DNA of 32,000 nt. Origin: Kiritimatiella glycovorans (GTDB lineage Bacteria > Verrucomicrobiota > Kiritimatiellia > Kiritimatiellales > Kiritimatiellaceae). The notes under the pieces were generated by a model, which worked only from the letters and a program-made list of their open reading frames with translations, did not search any database and was not told the origin of the DNA. Of this stretch, positions 15,546 to 23,556 are shown piece after piece. A program made the translations under genes and the position numbers. Each line of letters begins with the position of its first letter. Positions within the stretch are counted from its first letter, which is position 1. The DNA lies in assembly GCF_001017655.1 (NCBI RefSeq), contig NZ_CP010904.1:2160001-2192000 (forward strand), read 5' to 3'.

Positions 15546-16691
15546 ATGGGACTTCTCGCCGTCACCGTAAACTGGGATTTCCTCCTGTCTCGTGCGGGCG
15601 AGGTGCTGATCGTGGTGGCGATTTCCTTCGCGGTGCTCACCGTGCTGATGAGTCTCTACCGCTACCAGACGCTGATGGAGCGCTCCTCGTCCGAAGGTGA
15701 AGCCGCGCCGCGCTTTCCTGACCTGGAGGGAGATCCGCTTCGTCTGATGGTGGCCCGCCGGGTTGGCGCGCTGACGGACCGATCCAGGCATTTCGGGCTC
15801 CTGCTGATGGATCCGACGCCCCTTGCCGGTGAACAACTCGAACGGCTCGCCGACGGACTCCGTAAACACATCCGAAGCAATGACGATCTGGCCGTGTCCC
15901 CCGACGGACGCATCGGCATCCTGCTGGAAACCGGCATTGAGGGCATGCGCCGCTGTATCGAACGCCTCGACCGTGTGATCCGGCGCGAATACACCCTCAC
16001 AGACGGGGAAGGAAAACTCCGCATCGGCGCGGCGGCCTGTCCCGTGCATGGCCGGAACTCAAAAGCGCTGATCGACAACGCAGCCGGCGCGCTGGATGAG
16101 CCGGACAACTTCCCATCCACGCCCGGGCGGGATGAGCCGGAGGACGCGGAGGAAGAAGATCTGGCGGCCTCGGACAGGGCCATGCTGGATCCGCTGACCG
16201 AGGTCTTACGTCCCGATAAAGTGGCCTCCTTCATGCGCAAGTTTCTCGGCCAGCAGCGCAGGGGAACGGAACTCGCCCTGTTTTTCCTCGGGTTGAACAA
16301 CATGGAAGAGATCGAAGAATTCGAGGGAGAGGAAGCGGCCGACGCCGTACGCAAGGGACTCAGCGACATCATGAAACGGGCGCTGCGCGAGGAGGACATC
16401 CTCGGCCGTTTCGACGCCGATCACTTCCTCGTGCTTCTCCTCTGTTCCCAGGACGCGGCCCCCGGCGTGGCCCGCCGGCTGCACGAGACCGTGCGACGGG
16501 AGCGGGTGGAATGGCAGGGGCGCCGCCTCCAGGTCTCGATCAATATCGGCGTCTCACTCTGCCCGGAGCACGGCAAGAATATTCCCCGGCTCTTCCGCGC
16601 CGCTCATGCCGCGTACCGGACCGCCGTCGAACGCGGCGGATCCATGTGCGAGGTGTTCGGCCATTCATCCCGCCAGACCCTCGTAAACTGA
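15546..16691 (+). CDS. Membrane-anchored protein with a degenerate GGDEF domain (DADHF in place of GGDEF) and a second, more eroded GGDEF-like half
   Basis: One N-terminal TM (VLIVVAISFAVLTVLMSLY). The C-terminal domain has the GGDEF-fold pattern (DPLTEVL..., LFFLGLNNMEE, REEDILGRFDADHFLVLL, SINIGVSLCPEHG, AAHAAYRTAVERGG). The start is 10 nt after the pal stop. Confidence 0.7.
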   Translation: MGLLAVTVNWDFLLSRAGEVLIVVAISFAVLTVLMSLYRYQTLMERSSSEGEAAPRFPDLEGDPLRLMVARRVGALTDRSRHFGLLLMDPTPLAGEQLERLADGLRKHIRSNDDLAVSPDGRIGILLETGIEGMRRCIERLDRVIRREYTLTDGEGKLRIGAAACPVHGRNSKALIDNAAGALDEPDNFPSTPGRDEPEDAEEEDLAASDRAMLDPLTEVLRPDKVASFMRKFLGQQRRGTELALFFLGLNNMEEIEEFEGEEAADAVRKGLSDIMKRALREEDILGRFDADHFLVLLLCSQDAAPGVARRLHETVRRERVEWQGRRLQVSINIGVSLCPEHGKNIPRLFRAAHAAYRTAVERGGSMCEVFGHSSRQTLVN

Positions 16692-16714
16692 AGGCAGCAT
16701 CCCTGAGGATCGGA

Positions 16715-17482
16715 TCAGTAGGTCGTGTACCTCATCCGAATCCGGCGGCGGAGGAAACCCAGGCCCAGCAGCCCACCGCACCACAAGAACATCGATGCCG
16801 GCTCCGGCACCGCCTGGAAGTCATCAAAGTACGCCCCCGAACCTGCTATCGCCGGATTGTTACTCCAGACGACCAGTTCCATGGAAAACTCGAATTCCGT
16901 GGGGTCGAGCCATCCCGACGCATCATTCGTCCAAAACGCATTCCCCGGGCCGAACCCGGTCGAGCTGAAATAAAAGAGGTCGTTCGTGTAGGTCATGTAG
17001 AACGTGCCCGAATCCTCCGTCGTCGTCTCGACCTTCGCCGCCCCCGCCACCTGGACATCATTGGTGAACTTGGTCGCTACCCAGACGCGAGAATCCACGC
17101 CGAAGGTCTGCAGGCTGTGTCCGTTCCCGAAAACGAGGAAGTCATCCTCGCGGCCGAGATTCTCGACATTGATGTTAAGAAAGGTCTCGTTCGTGCATTC
17201 AGACGAATTGAATTTCACTGAAACCTCGGCCCAGTCTCCGGAGCTGACCGTATGAACGAAGGTCACCCCGGCGCTGAGATCGTCCTGGTCGGCGGGGGCG
17301 ATCAGTTCAAGACGTCCGTTCTGCTCCGCGTAGTCCAGCGGCGCATCTTTGAAGGTACTCCAGAGCGAGGAGTCGATGGTGCCGTCCTCAAAGTCATCCG
17401 AATATTGAGCGGCCGCGAGCATCGGCACCATGAGCATTACGATCAGAAATGACTGCAGCTTCATTGGCTGGGTTCCTTTCAT
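16715..17482 (-). CDS. PEP-CTERM-anchored secreted protein with a ConA/LamG-like lectin-type domain
   Basis: Signal peptide FLIVMLMVPMLAAAQ. The N-terminal DDFEDGTIDSSLW motif is typical of jelly-roll lectin/glucanase-like domains. The C-terminus AVPEPASMFLWCGGLLGLGFLRRRIR gives VPEP + TM + Arg cluster, a PEP-CTERM sorting signal. GGAG lies 4 nt upstream of the ATG. Confidence 0.8.
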   Translation of the reverse strand: MKGTQPMKLQSFLIVMLMVPMLAAAQYSDDFEDGTIDSSLWSTFKDAPLDYAEQNGRLELIAPADQDDLSAGVTFVHTVSSGDWAEVSVKFNSSECTNETFLNINVENLGREDDFLVFGNGHSLQTFGVDSRVWVATKFTNDVQVAGAAKVETTTEDSGTFYMTYTNDLFYFSSTGFGPGNAFWTNDASGWLDPTEFEFSMELVVWSNNPAIAGSGAYFDDFQAVPEPASMFLWCGGLLGLGFLRRRIRMRYTTY

Positions 17483-17539
17483 TAAACTCCCACATCACGT
17501 CGAGCCGGGGCGGCCCCGATGCCGCCTGCACCGCCGCTC

Positions 17540-17570
17540 ATTATACGTGCTGCCTGCTCCGAATCCACAA
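17540..17570 (-). promoter_or_regulatory. Candidate promoter of the PEP-CTERM gene
   Basis: On the minus strand there is a perfect TATAAT (17545-17540) 58 nt upstream of the ATG. The -35 is weak (TTGTGG, 19-nt spacer). Confidence 0.25.
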
Positions 17571-17604
17571 AAAAACCGTCCGCTCTTGCGAGCGGACGGT
17601 TTTC
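17568..17604 (-). terminator. Rho-independent terminator of the outer-membrane barrel gene (also hairpin + TTTT on the plus strand)
   Basis: CCGTCCGCT(C) / (G)AGCGGACGG, a 9-10-bp stem with a 4-6-nt loop, followed on the minus strand by T8 (A-run 17568-17575 on the plus strand). It lies 20 nt after the stop at 17625. Confidence 0.7.
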
Positions 17605-17624
17605 ATCGACCATTTTGGAGCCGA

Positions 17625-18161
17625 TCAGAAGTAGTAGTGGATACCCATCGTGACGTTCACGCCGTCCAGGTCCACATCGGCAGAGCCGCCGGGCGTGTCG
17701 ACTTCGATGTCGTTAAACATATACGCGACTTCGAAGTTGAACCCGACCTGCGAGTTTTCCGAGAAGAACCATTCCGCGCCCATCAGCGGGCCGTACAGCC
17801 AGTCGTCGGCGTCGAGATCATTACCGCCCTGTTCGGCGTCCAGATCCCAGTAACCGAGTTCGGCTCCGACGTAGAAGTCGGAATAGTTATTCTCAACCAG
17901 CGAATAGAGGATCTTACCCGTGATCGAGTAGAGATCGCCTTCGCCGATATTGACGTCCGAAAAATCGCCGCTCCAGTGACCCAGCATCAGCTGACCACCG
18001 ATCGGCATCGGACGCATGCGCAAACTCGCGTGGCTCAGAAACTCGCCCGCATACTGACCCTGGTAACCAATCCCGTACGGGCTGGTTTCCGGACCCTGGG
18101 CAGCCGTCGCCACACTCGCCATCATGATGGCTGCAAATGCAACACACAGTACCTTTTTCAT
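17625..18161 (-). CDS. Small outer-membrane beta-barrel protein (OmpW/OmpA-membrane-like, 178 aa)
   Basis: Start chosen at ATG 18161 (MKKVLCVAFAAIMMASVATAAQG signal peptide, GGAGGAG 5 nt upstream). Alternating amphipathic strands, aromatic girdle residues, and a C-terminal ...GIHYYF ending in Phe. Confidence 0.7.
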   Translation of the reverse strand: MKKVLCVAFAAIMMASVATAAQGPETSPYGIGYQGQYAGEFLSHASLRMRPMPIGGQLMLGHWSGDFSDVNIGEGDLYSITGKILYSLVENNYSDFYVGAELGYWDLDAEQGGNDLDADDWLYGPLMGAEWFFSENSQVGFNFEVAYMFNDIEVDTPGGSADVDLDGVNVTMGIHYYF

Positions 18162-18288
18162 CGTCTCCTCCATGGTTTTCCCTCTTTTCCGGGCATCCTC
18201 CCCGTTCCCTATCCGGTTCGGAAACCCTCCCCCTGACCGGTGCGCCGACAACCCTTATGCCGCGGCCGATCACCCAATGTTCGTGCTT

Positions 18289-18318
18289 ATTCTGACTTCC
18301 CTCTGCGTCCTCTGTCAA
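18289..18318 (-). promoter_or_regulatory. Candidate sigma70-type promoter of the barrel gene
   Basis: On the minus strand: TTGACA (18318-18313), an 18-nt spacer, then CAGAAT (18294-18289). This would give a purine-rich leader of about 120 nt. Confidence 0.3.
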
Positions 18319-18374
18319 CTGATTAATAACGGCCAAAACCCTCTTAAAAAATCGGTAAAAAGTCATCTTCCGGC

Positions 18375-19442
18375 CTACAGCCGGATGCGGATATGACCCA
18401 TCCCAAGCCCGCTGGCGGCACCGAAGAGAAGGATTTCATCGCCGGTGCCCCAGCGCGTCTCTCCGCTCTCGATCAGCATGTGGAGCGTCAGGGGTATCGC
18501 GGCCGCGGCCGTATTTCCGAACTCATCCGCCGTGATGGCTACCATGTCCATATCCGCGTGCAGATTACTGACTACTTCCTCGATCAGGCGGCGCGAAATC
18601 TGGTGCGGGACCACCTTTTTCAATCCGTCGACGAAATCTTCTTCGCCGAACAACTCGCGCCTGTGCTGCCGGTATTCCTGAAAGTAGTTTACGCTGAGAT
18701 CCTTGACAATTCTGGCCAGCGCGCTCATGTCCAGGTAGAACCATCCGTGGATACTTCGCGGCGAGGCGGCCCGCCAGTCGATGTTTTCGGGCACGTGACA
18801 CAACCGCCAGTGTTCGCCCAGCGTTACGAGATTGATCTCCTGGATTCCGGCCCCGTCGTCGTCGGCGGGTGTAAGCACGACGGAGGCGGCGGCATCGCCC
18901 AGGGTCAGTCCGCCCATCTTGGTTCTGAGATCCTGTTTCCGGCGGATGTCATAATTAATCCAGTGACTGCCGAGTTCCGCGGCGCACACCACCACGCACT
19001 GCGCGCCCCCGGTCGCGATCAGGCTGTTGCCGACATTGACCGCCTGCAGAAAACTGTTGCAGGCGTTGCTCACATCGAAGGAATTGATGACCGGCCAGCC
19101 CAGTTTCTGCTGCAGGATATTGGCCGTGGCCGGTTCGAGCTGGTCCATATCGGTGCTGGCGTAGATCAGTGTATCGACGTCCGAATGCGCGATCCCGGCG
19201 TGTTCCATCGCGCGTTTGGCGGCAACTGCCGCCAGGTCGGAAGGGTATTCGCCGGGGCCGGCATGTCTCCGCGAACGCACGCGCGTCGTGCGGTCGATGA
19301 TTCCCGGAAGGCGTTTTCTGAGCCGTTCCGGCGCATTCACCTGCTCCGCCAGGGTTTCGTTGTCGACGATCTTCTCCGGAAGGTGAATCCCCAGCCCCGC
19401 GATTCTGGTGAGGGGACGCTGAAACACCTGTATATGGTTCAT
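18375..19442 (-). CDS. Stand-alone FabH-like beta-ketoacyl synthase III / thiolase-fold condensing enzyme
   Basis: Cys-His-Asn triad contexts DVSNACNSFLQAV, VVPHQISRRL and FGNTAAAAIPL. ATG 19442 (MNHIQV...) is preferred over the TTG at 19451 used by the ORF track. Confidence 0.8.
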   Translation of the reverse strand: MNHIQVFQRPLTRIAGLGIHLPEKIVDNETLAEQVNAPERLRKRLPGIIDRTTRVRSRRHAGPGEYPSDLAAVAAKRAMEHAGIAHSDVDTLIYASTDMDQLEPATANILQQKLGWPVINSFDVSNACNSFLQAVNVGNSLIATGGAQCVVVCAAELGSHWINYDIRRKQDLRTKMGGLTLGDAAASVVLTPADDDGAGIQEINLVTLGEHWRLCHVPENIDWRAASPRSIHGWFYLDMSALARIVKDLSVNYFQEYRQHRRELFGEEDFVDGLKKVVPHQISRRLIEEVVSNLHADMDMVAITADEFGNTAAAAIPLTLHMLIESGETRWGTGDEILLFGAASGLGMGHIRIRL

Positions 19443-19637
19443 ATATCTCAAGGAAGGACCTGCCTTTGACTGACGTCCGAGTGAAAAGGGGGGGATCTGC
19501 CTGTCTTTTTGTTCGCGTTCTATTAAATGAGCCGGGCGGTCGAGTCAATCGCTAAATAATAGAGCGGGCGGAGCGGCGCCTGCGATTCGTGCATGATAGG
19601 GTTTGCCCGAGCCATGATTCCGTGAAATTCTGCGCCC

Positions 19638-20726
19638 ATGCAGCCGTCCATCCATCAGGCGAATATCATTTCCCGGCTGCTCTTCGGCCGCGCCTTCCGC
19701 GACCAGTGGGTTCTGCCCGCAGGGCCCGGCCGGCTTTTTTCCCTCCTGCTGCGTTCCTCCGAATTTCCGGCCCGTATGCCGCGCGAGTCCGGACCTCCCG
19801 ACCGCCCGGTCTTTCTCGTCTCCCTGCCGCGCGCGGGTTCCTCGATGCTGCAGGACCTGCTGTGCTCACACCGTGACGCGGGGTACTTCACCCAGATGAT
19901 GCACGCCTTCTGGCCGCGGTTCTGCGGGGCGGAGATCCTGCGCAGGCGGCTAGGGCTGGATATCCGCGGCGAGCGGTTCATCGGAGACAGCGTGAAGATC
20001 TCCGGAGGCACGCCCGCCGACCCCGTACAGGTCTGGGCGGACTGGCTGGAACTCGACCCGTGGTCGACCGAGTACTGCGAGCGGCATGCGGAGGACTTTT
20101 CCGAGGAAGACCGCGCGCGCATGTATCTCGATATCCGGCGCTGCCTGTGGTGTTTCGGCCCCGGGAAGAAACGGTTTTTTTCAAAGAATCCGGCCCTGCT
20201 CCCGCATATCGACCTGCTGCCCCGCCTTTTTCCCGGGGCCAGGATCGTATATCTCGTGCGCGACCCGAGGCCCGCCGCCAACTCGCTGATCAAACTCTAC
20301 CGCCGCTGCGAGGAACAACGGCGCGGCATGTCACGTCGACGCCGGCGCCGCTTCCCCGACCGGCCCTTCATCCCCTACCCCCGGCTGCCGCGCCTCACCG
20401 AGTATCTCCGCGAGTACGGACCGGAGGACATCCGCACGACCGCCGGTCTGTGGCGAGACGCCGCCTTTTACGTGGACGAGCGCCTCAGGGCGGTGCCGGA
20501 GGTCATGACGCTCCGCTATGAGGACTTCCTGGCAGACCCGGGCGAACAGGTCGCCCGCCTCCTCGACTTCTGCGAACTGCCCGCAGCGGGCGCTTCAAAT
20601 CCGGCCTTCCGGTCGCGCCTTGAGGAGGTCGGATGCATTCACCACTCCAACCGCGGCTACGGGCGGTTTGAGGAGATCGAGGCGATCTGCGGAGAGGCCA
20701 TGGAGCGACTGGGCTACCGGAAGTAA
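19638..20726 (+). CDS. PAPS-dependent sulfotransferase-family protein
   Basis: 5'-PSB-like motif VFLVSLPRAGSSMLQDLL and 3'-PB-like motif IVYLVRDPRPAANS. An internal start (MPRESG...) is also possible. Confidence 0.7.
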   Translation: MQPSIHQANIISRLLFGRAFRDQWVLPAGPGRLFSLLLRSSEFPARMPRESGPPDRPVFLVSLPRAGSSMLQDLLCSHRDAGYFTQMMHAFWPRFCGAEILRRRLGLDIRGERFIGDSVKISGGTPADPVQVWADWLELDPWSTEYCERHAEDFSEEDRARMYLDIRRCLWCFGPGKKRFFSKNPALLPHIDLLPRLFPGARIVYLVRDPRPAANSLIKLYRRCEEQRRGMSRRRRRRFPDRPFIPYPRLPRLTEYLREYGPEDIRTTAGLWRDAAFYVDERLRAVPEVMTLRYEDFLADPGEQVARLLDFCELPAAGASNPAFRSRLEEVGCIHHSNRGYGRFEEIEAICGEAMERLGYRK

Positions 20727-20740
20727 CCGCACCGCGCGCC

Positions 20741-21517
20741 TCATGGATCCCCGGCGTCCGCGAGCACCTCGCGCACCGGGACCGGGTAATGGCGCAGTAC
20801 GCGGTCGGCCCAGCCGGGGCCCCAGCGCGTGGCCGCCTTCAGCCAGCGGACCTCGCCGATGCAGATCTCTTTCCGGCCCCGTTCAATTCCCCTCAGAGCC
20901 TTCCGGGCCACCGCGGCGGCGGACATCTTGTGCACCGCCGCCCCGCGGGTCATGCGCGTATCCGTCATCGGCGGCAACACCTCGAACACCTCAACCCCGG
21001 TCCCGGCGAGTTGCACCCGAAGGCTGCAGGTGAAGAAATGGAGCCCGCTCTTGGCGGCGGTGTAGCCGGGAGCCACGGGGGCGGGACGCAGCGCATACCC
21101 CGAGGTCACGTTGATCACCGCCGCCTCGCCGGCCTCCATAAGCACAGGCAGAAAACGATGCGTCATTCTCACCGGGGCAATGAGATCGATCTCGATCTCG
21201 CGCCGGGCGCGCTCGCCGGCGTCGGGTGTGCGGGCAAAATCATAAGCCTCGCCGACCCCCGCGTTATTGATGAGCACATCGATACGCCAGCCTTCCGCCG
21301 TCAAACGGTCCTGCAGTTTGCGTCGATCGTCTTCGACCGCGACATCGCAGACGAGGCCGCGGGCGCCGGGAATCGCGCCCGCGGCCGCCTCTACCGCTTC
21401 CGGCGTGCGAGCACAGAGCGCCACCCGGTTGCCGCGCCGGGCCAGCTGACCGGCCATCGCAAAGCCGATGCCCGTCGCGCCTCCGGTGATCAGGATCGTA
21501 CGCCCTTCCAGTTTCAT
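20741..21517 (-). CDS. Short-chain dehydrogenase/reductase (classical SDR, DltE-like)
   Basis: TGGATGIG cofactor motif, NNAG, and the catalytic YTAAKSGL (YxxxK). Confidence 0.85.
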   Translation of the reverse strand: MKLEGRTILITGGATGIGFAMAGQLARRGNRVALCARTPEAVEAAAGAIPGARGLVCDVAVEDDRRKLQDRLTAEGWRIDVLINNAGVGEAYDFARTPDAGERARREIEIDLIAPVRMTHRFLPVLMEAGEAAVINVTSGYALRPAPVAPGYTAAKSGLHFFTCSLRVQLAGTGVEVFEVLPPMTDTRMTRGAAVHKMSAAAVARKALRGIERGRKEICIGEVRWLKAATRWGPGWADRVLRHYPVPVREVLADAGDP

Positions 21518-21536
21518 GGTGGCGGAGACTATCGCA

Positions 21537-21566
21537 TTGACTCTATTCCGTCCGCAAGCCCATCAT
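21537..21566 (+). promoter_or_regulatory. Candidate promoter of the ABC/LolA-like module
   Basis: TTGACT (21537-21542), an 18-nt spacer, then CATCAT (21561-21566), in the 98-bp divergent region between the SDR and the ABC ATPase. Confidence 0.3.
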
Positions 21567-21615
21567 CGGCGTCCGAGAGGAGGAGCGCCGGGGCGCCAGG
21601 CATCCCGGACCCATC

Positions 21616-22305
21616 ATGGCCCTGATCCAATTCGAGCAACTGAGCCGCCGCTACGTGCTGGGCGAAACGGAGGTCACGGCCGTGCACGGCGTGGATTTCG
21701 CGGTGCCCGCGGGCCAGTTCGTCGCGCTCTGGGGCCCCTCGGGTTCGGGCAAATCAACGCTCTGCAACCTTGCGGGAACTCTGGACACGCCCTCGGAAGG
21801 GCGCGTGCTCTTCGAGGGGAGCGATGTGGCCGCCCTCAGCGACGACGCGCGGTCGGACCACCGCCGCCGCAACCTCGGATTTATCTTTCAGCAGTTCAAT
21901 CTCGTCGAGGTACTCTCCGCCCTTGAAAACGTGATGCTCCCGCTCCAGATCCGCGGAACCCCACCCGGCGAGTGCCGGGAGCGGGCGCGCGAGGCCCTGG
22001 CCGGAGTCGGCCTGGAGGCATGGATCGATCATCGACCCGCGCAGCTCTCCGGCGGGCAACAGCAGCGCGTGGCGGTTGCCCGCGCGCTGGTGACCCGGCC
22101 CCGGCTCGTGATCGCGGACGAACCCACCGCCAACCTCGACTCGAAAACCGCGTACCGGATCGTCGAACTGATGCGCTCGTTCAATCACGTACAGGGTACG
22201 ACCTTTCTATTCGCCACGCACGATCAGCGCCTGCTCGACCAAGTGGACCGCCGTGTCCACCTCCGGGACGGGCGCATCGAAACGGATGAAGACGCGACGG
22301 CATGA
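21616..22305 (+). CDS. ABC transporter ATP-binding protein (LolD/MacB/FtsE type)
   Basis: Walker A GPSGSGKST, Q-loop, signature LSGGQQQRVAVARAL, Walker B LVIADEPT, and H-loop ATHD. Confidence 0.9.
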   Translation: MALIQFEQLSRRYVLGETEVTAVHGVDFAVPAGQFVALWGPSGSGKSTLCNLAGTLDTPSEGRVLFEGSDVAALSDDARSDHRRRNLGFIFQQFNLVEVLSALENVMLPLQIRGTPPGECRERAREALAGVGLEAWIDHRPAQLSGGQQQRVAVARALVTRPRLVIADEPTANLDSKTAYRIVELMRSFNHVQGTTFLFATHDQRLLDQVDRRVHLRDGRIETDEDATA

Positions 22306-23552
22306 ACCTCTGGATCAAAATCGCCTGGCGCAATCTCTGGAAGAACCGGAGGCGTTCGCTGTTCACCCTCTGCGCGATCGCCTTCGGCTACGCGGCGGTG
22401 AACCTGTTCGGCGGATTCACCACGTATATTTTCCGGGGACTGGAGGAGGCCTACGTCTACGCGCACGGGAACGGACACCTGAAGATCTTCAGGGAGGGAT
22501 TTCTGCAGCGCGGGTTCGCGGAGCCCGGGCGGTATCTCTTCACTCCGGAAGAGGCGGAGACGATACGCGCCGTCTGCGCGAAGGATGCGCGCATCGAGCT
22601 GGTAACGCCCGAACTGCACTTCACCGGGCTGATCAGCAACGGCGACGTCTCCACCATCTTCGTCGGTGCCGGGCGGGATCCGGAGGCCTGCGACCGTATC
22701 CGTAACGCCGCCCGCAGCTCCATCGCCGACGTCACCATGTTCCGGGGCCGCCCGCTGACCACCAACCGGGTCTACGGCGTCGGCCTCAGTTCCGGCCTGG
22801 CCGAGCGGCTGGGTGTGAGCACCAATGACCGGGTGATCCTGATGGCGACGACGATCGACGGGCAGATGAACGCGCTCGACGGGGAGGTGCGTCAGACGTT
22901 TGACGCGCCGCTGGAGCTGCTCAACGACAAGACGGTCTACACGACCGACGGCTATGCCCGGAAACTCTACGACACGGCACGGTCCGACCGCTTTTCCGTG
23001 CTCCTGGACCATAAGGCCGCGCCCTCCGCGGTGCGCAGGGACCTGGGGCAGGCGCTGTCAGCCCGGGGCATCGAAACCGAAATCAAAACGTGGGATGAAC
23101 TGCGCGTCTCTTACCTGCGCACCCGCAGGATGTTCAACGCGATCTTCATGTTCGTCTTCGTCGTCGTCTTCGTCATCGTCGTGCTCAGTGTAATCAACAC
23201 GCTCAGCATGACCGTGCTCGAACGCACCCGCGAGATCGGCACGCTGCGCGCGCTCGGACTCCGGCGTGCGGGCGTGGCGACGCTGTTCGCCACGGAGAGC
23301 GCGCTGCTCGGTGTACTGGGTTGCCTGCTTGGAATCGTGATTACGGTCGCGGTCTGGGCCGCGATCCAGGGAATCCAGCCCACCTGGATCCCGCCCAACA
23401 TGCCGATGCGCGTGGTATGGGAGGTCCTGCTGGTACCCTCTTATCTCCTGACGACCTTCGGACTGCTCGTGCTGCTGGCCGTCGCCGCCGCGGTCCTTCC
23501 CGCCCGACGCGCTTCCCGGATGTTAATCATTGATGCCCTCGGCCACATCTAG
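22302..23552 (+). CDS. FtsX-family ABC permease with a large periplasmic domain (LolC/E / MacB-like)
   Basis: ATGA overlap with the ATPase. One TM, then a periplasmic segment of about 230 aa, then three C-terminal TMs with the FtsX-type motif ERTREIGTLRALGLRR. Confidence 0.85.
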   Translation: MNLWIKIAWRNLWKNRRRSLFTLCAIAFGYAAVNLFGGFTTYIFRGLEEAYVYAHGNGHLKIFREGFLQRGFAEPGRYLFTPEEAETIRAVCAKDARIELVTPELHFTGLISNGDVSTIFVGAGRDPEACDRIRNAARSSIADVTMFRGRPLTTNRVYGVGLSSGLAERLGVSTNDRVILMATTIDGQMNALDGEVRQTFDAPLELLNDKTVYTTDGYARKLYDTARSDRFSVLLDHKAAPSAVRRDLGQALSARGIETEIKTWDELRVSYLRTRRMFNAIFMFVFVVVFVIVVLSVINTLSMTVLERTREIGTLRALGLRRAGVATLFATESALLGVLGCLLGIVITVAVWAAIQGIQPTWIPPNMPMRVVWEVLLVPSYLLTTFGLLVLLAVAAAVLPARRASRMLIIDALGHI

Positions 23553-23556
23553 CATC

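Noticed and set aside
16692-16714. Possible bidirectional terminator between the GGDEF gene and the PEP-CTERM gene
   Set aside because: Only a 4-bp ATCC/GGAT stem is present and there is no T-run. This is insufficient.
19452-19637. Promoter or riboswitch-like elements in the FabH/sulfotransferase divergent region (TTGACT at about 19475, TAAATAAT at about 19553)
   Set aside because: I could not pair any -35 with a -10 at an acceptable spacing, and I recognised no conserved structured motif.
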